Positions 26,195-29,478 of a stretch of DNA of 29,478 bases are shown here, one piece after another. Source of the DNA: Pseudomonadota bacterium (GTDB taxonomy: Bacteria > Bdellovibrionota > FAC87 > UBA2466). The translations under genes were made by a program, and so were the position numbers. Location: the NCBI GenBank assembly GCA_043767805.1, contig JAYUGC010000104.1, positions 1-29,478 of the forward strand. Direction: 5' to 3'. The first letter of the stretch is position 1. Every line of letters starts with the position of its first letter. The notes under the pieces are model-generated. The model ran no database searches and was not told where the DNA came from. It worked only from the letters and a program-made list of their open reading frames with translations.

Positions 26195-27491
26195 GCTTTG
26201 GATAACGGGCGGCACCGCGGTCACCATGAATACCGCGGGCGATATCTTAGAAGACGCCGTCATCCACGTTAAGAACGGGCTCATTGAAACCATCGGAGTG
26301 GGCTGCGTTCCGCCCAAAGGCGTGAAAGTCATCGACGCCAAGAATTGCCTGGTCACGCCCGGCTTCGTGAACCTACACACGCATTCCCCTATGTCGCTTC
26401 TTCGCGGCGTGGCCGACGATATGCCGCTCGAGCGCTGGCTCCGCGAGGCGATTTTTCCCCTCGAGCAGAAGTTCGCGAGCCCCGAGTTCGCCTACTTCGG
26501 AACGCTGCTCGCCGCGGTCGAAATGATCCGCACCGGCACGACTACCTTCAACGACATGTACTTCTTCCAGGATCAGGTTGCGAAAGCTTCCGACGAGTCC
26601 GGCTTGCGAGCGGTCTGCGGCCAGACTCTGGTCGAAATTAGCGACGTGGATCATTCGAAAGATCGCCTTTTCGAAAAGCTCGATGCCTTCTTGGAGGCCG
26701 TCTCCGGCTACAAGCGAGTGCTTCCGGCCGTCGCGCCTCATTCCGTATATGGGGTGAGCCGGCCCACCTGGGAAAAGATTATCGACTACGCCGCCACGAA
26801 GAAACTGCGCGTGCACACCCATGTTTCCGAAGTGCAAAGCGAAGTCGAAGAGTGCATGAAGCTTCATAAGAAGAGCCCGGTCGAGTTCTTCGATAGCCTC
26901 GGCCTGTTCTCGCGTTGCCGCACCATCGCAGCGCACATGGTGATTCTGTCCCAGCGCGATATTCAGATTGCTGGGGGTCATAGACTCGGTATCGCCCACA
27001 ACATCGATTCGAACTTAAAGCTCGGTACGAAGCTCTCGCCTGTCGTCGAGCTTCGCGACGCGGGCGCTCGCGTCGGACTCGGCACCGATGGGGTCGCTAG
27101 CAATAACAATCTCGATCTGCTTCAGGAGCTCGACACGGCCGCTAAGATCCAAAGTTTTCGTCTCGGACCCGGCGCGCTACCCGCGCACGAAGCATTCCGC
27201 ATGATTACGATCGAGGGCGCGGAAGCCCTTGGGATGGAAAAAGAAATTGGCTCCCTCGAGCCGGGAAAAAAAGCGGACATCGTCGCTGTCGATGTGAGTC
27301 ACGTGCACGCCGTTCCCCTCTACGACGCTTACTCCCATCTCGTCTACAGCGCATCCGGAAGGGACGTGAAGCATAGTGTCGTCGCAGGAAAGGTTCTCAT
27401 GGAGGATTACAAAGTCCTTTCCTTAGATGAGCCCGCGATCCTTAAAGAGGCGAAAAAGTGGGGTGAGAAGATCGCCCGGAACCGCCCGTAG
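26187..27491 (+). CDS. mtaD: Amidohydrolase, MTA/SAH/adenosine deaminase (MtaD-like)
   Basis: Start ATG 26187 overlapping cdd; PGFVNLHTH..MSLLRG.ADD, WL...IFPLE, GTTTFNDMYF, APHSVY, HTHVSE, AAHMV, SNLKL, LGTDGVASNNNLD, GSLEPGKKAD. Confidence 0.82.
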   Translation: MSELWITGGTAVTMNTAGDILEDAVIHVKNGLIETIGVGCVPPKGVKVIDAKNCLVTPGFVNLHTHSPMSLLRGVADDMPLERWLREAIFPLEQKFASPEFAYFGTLLAAVEMIRTGTTTFNDMYFFQDQVAKASDESGLRAVCGQTLVEISDVDHSKDRLFEKLDAFLEAVSGYKRVLPAVAPHSVYGVSRPTWEKIIDYAATKKLRVHTHVSEVQSEVEECMKLHKKSPVEFFDSLGLFSRCRTIAAHMVILSQRDIQIAGGHRLGIAHNIDSNLKLGTKLSPVVELRDAGARVGLGTDGVASNNNLDLLQELDTAAKIQSFRLGPGALPAHEAFRMITIEGAEALGMEKEIGSLEPGKKADIVAVDVSHVHAVPLYDAYSHLVYSASGRDVKHSVVAGKVLMEDYKVLSLDEPAILKEAKKWGEKIARNRP

Positions 27492-27523
27492 AGTAAGGCT
27501 CTCCATTTAACGTCTCAGTTCCA

Positions 27524-27552
27524 TTGACCATTTCTTCTCAATCCCGCACAAT
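27524..27552 (+). promoter_or_regulatory. Sigma70-type promoter for prkA
   Basis: TTGACC(27524-27529)-N17-CACAAT(27547-27552). Confidence 0.55.
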
Positions 27553-27560
27553 ATAGATGT

Positions 27561-27626
27561 GGGCTTTCGGCCTCTCGACGTCTTTCAACGTTCAAGCGAA
27601 GCTTGAACGCTGAAGGTCGCTAGCCC
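27561..27626 (+). other. Structured 5' leader hairpin upstream of prkA
   Basis: CGTTCAAGC-GAA-GCTTGAACG (27589-27609) perfect 9-bp stem, extendable by TTCA/TGAA, CGAC/GTCG and GGGCT/AGCCC pairings. Confidence 0.6.
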
Positions 27627-27681
27627 TCTCTTCAAAAATTTTGACCGCTTCACTTCTGACCTTTTATCTCAAGGGGGGTCC

Positions 27682-29478
27682 ATGTCGGACACAGCTCTAG
27701 ATATCAAGAACTTCATCGGCGGACTTCAAGATCTCGACACCCATAAGAAGTTCAATTGGGAAGGGACCTTCCAACAATACGTGGACATCGTCCGCGCCAA
27801 GCCGGAGGTCACCCGAAACGCTTTCCAGCGTCTCTTCGATCTCATCACGTCCTGGGGCACGGAAGAGTACGTCGAGTTCAAAAAGAAAATAGTCACTTAC
27901 AAATTTTTTCAAGATCCCTTCGACGGCGGCAAAGACGCCATCTTCGGCCTGGACGTTCACCTGATGAAGCTGGTGAATACGCTGAAAGCGGCGGCGCAAG
28001 GCTACGGCCCCGAGAAACGCGTCATTCTCTTGCACGGCCCCGTCGGAAGTTCCAAGAGCACCTGCGCCCGGGTCATCAAGAAGGGCGTCGAGGCGTACTC
28101 GAAGACCGATGCCGGCGCGATGTACACGTTCAAGTGGAAGATCGACGACGCGGCTTTGCAGAAACGCATCCTCGGCGGCAGCAAAGAGTTCCCGAGCCCG
28201 ATGCACGAAGAGCCGTTGAAGCTCATCCCCCTCGATGTACGCAAAAAGTTCTGTGAAGAGATCAACCGCGGCCGCAAGGAAGGCCACCGCGTCGCCATCG
28301 AGGGCGATCTCTGTCCGCCGTCTCAGTACATCTTCGATCAGCTGAACCTGCACTACCACGGCGACTGGACGAAAGTGATCGACCACGTGGTGGTCACGCG
28401 CCTTCTCCTTTCGGAAAAAGGCCGCATCGGTATCGGCACGTTCCAGCCGAAAGACGAAAAGAATCAGGACTCGACGGAGCTCACCGGCGACATCAACTAC
28501 CGTAAGATTGCCGAGTACGGCACGGACTCCGATCCGCGCGCGTTCAACTTCGACGGTGAGTTCAATATCGCCAACCGCGGCGTCATCGAGTTCATCGAAG
28601 TCTTGAAGCTCGACGTGGCTTTCCTCTATGACCTCTTGGGCGCGTCCCAGGAACATAAGGTTAAGCCCAAGAAGTTCGCCCAGACGGACATCGACGAAGT
28701 CATCATCGGCCACACCAACGAGCCAGAGTACCGCAAGCTCCAGAACAACGAGTTCATGGAAGCACTCCGGGATCGTACGGTGAAGATCGACATTCCTTAC
28801 ATCACGCGTCTCTCCGAGGAAGTGAAGATCTACCGTAAGGACTTCAACTCGAAGAACATCAAGGGCAAGCACATCGCCCCGCATACACTCGAAATGGCGT
28901 CCATGTGGGCGGTTCTGACCCGGCTCGAGACGCCCAAAAAGGCGAACCTCACGCTGCTTCAGAAGCTGAAACTCTATAACGGCAAGACGCTCCCCGGTTT
29001 CACCGAGGACAACGTCCGCGAGCTCAGAAAAGAAGCGGTCCGCGAAGCGATGGAAGGTATCTCGCCTCGCTACGTGCAGGATAAGGTCTCCAACGCGCTG
29101 GTGAACACCCGCGCCGGAAACGTGTCTTGCTTGAATCCCTTCATGGTCTTAAACGAGCTCGATGGCGGATTGAAGCACCACTCGCTCATCTCTTCCGAAG
29201 AGAAGCGCAAGCATTACCGGGAGCTCCTCCAGGTAGTGAAACAAGAGTACGAAGACATCGTTAAGAGCGAAGTGCAGCGCGCTATCTCCGCCGACGAAGA
29301 GGCGATGAGCCGGCTTTGCTCCAACTACATCGACAACGTGAAGGCCTACACCCAGCGTGAGCGGGTGAAGAACAAGTACACCGGCCAGGACGAAGAGCCG
29401 GACGAAAGACTGATGCGCTCGATCGAAGAGAAGATCGACATCCCGGAAAGCCGTAAAGACGATTTCCGCCGGGAAGTG
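27682..29478 (+). CDS. prkA: PrkA/YeaG-family serine protein kinase/AAA+ ATPase, 3'-truncated by the window edge
   Basis: Not in the ORF track (no stop in window). Manual translation from ATG 27682: [11 protein letters not shown]...WEGTFQQY...[93 protein letters not shown]. Confidence 0.95.
   Translation, partial: MSDTALDIKNFIGGLQDLDTHKKFNWEGTFQQYVDIVRAKPEVTRNAFQRLFDLITSWGTEEYVEFKKKIVTYKFFQDPFDGGKDAIFGLDVHLMKLVNTLKAAAQGYGPEKRVILLHGPVGSSKSTCARVIKKGVEAYSKTDAGAMYTFKWKIDDAALQKRILGGSKEFPSPMHEEPLKLIPLDVRKKFCEEINRGRKEGHRVAIEGDLCPPSQYIFDQLNLHYHGDWTKVIDHVVVTRLLLSEKGRIGIGTFQPKDEKNQDSTELTGDINYRKIAEYGTDSDPRAFNFDGEFNIANRGVIEFIEVLKLDVAFLYDLLGASQEHKVKPKKFAQTDIDEVIIGHTNEPEYRKLQNNEFMEALRDRTVKIDIPYITRLSEEVKIYRKDFNSKNIKGKHIAPHTLEMASMWAVLTRLETPKKANLTLLQKLKLYNGKTLPGFTEDNVRELRKEAVREAMEGISPRYVQDKVSNALVNTRAGNVSCLNPFMVLNELDGGLKHHSLISSEEKRKHYRELLQVVKQEYEDIVKSEVQRAISADEEAMSRLCSNYIDNVKAYTQRERVKNKYTGQDEEPDERLMRSIEEKIDIPESRKDDFRREV

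Noticed and set aside
27546..27562. NrdR-box-like sequence GCACAATATAGATGTGG
   Set aside because: Needs a 1-bp insertion to fit the palindromic consensus, is single, precedes prkA rather than nrd genes, and is explained by the -10 element.

Overview
GC-rich, tightly packed bacterial chromosomal window with about 27 protein genes and no rRNA, tRNA, CRISPR array or recognisable mobile element. Gene content and repeated sigma28-like promoters suggest a Bdellovibrionota-like organism (inference). The window holds: (i) branched-chain amino acid/propionyl-CoA catabolism genes (Leu/Val dehydrogenase, substrate-binding subunit of methylmalonyl-CoA mutase, three-gene acyl-CoA carboxylase); (ii) envelope genes (a 5'-truncated beta-barrel, two tandem PorV/FadL/TraF-like barrels, TolC, a secreted esterase, a C-terminally anchored secreted protein, an orphan Wzy-like membrane protein, a Cys-rich lipoprotein); (iii) PilT with a long Pro-rich tail; (iv) a ChaN-like gene coupled to amrB/MEMO1; (v) a six-gene nucleoside catabolism operon deoC-deoB-deoA-punA-cdd-mtaD; (vi) a 3'-truncated prkA gene missing from the ORF track. 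The most notable unannotated signals are three identically spaced FliA-type promoters (barrel pair, Wzy-like gene, pilT), a structured prkA leader, an orphan plus-strand terminator that may end an sRNA, a perfect 16-bp inverted repeat, and apparently leaderless mcm/pccB transcripts. No clearly new multi-gene system can be demonstrated from sequence alone.
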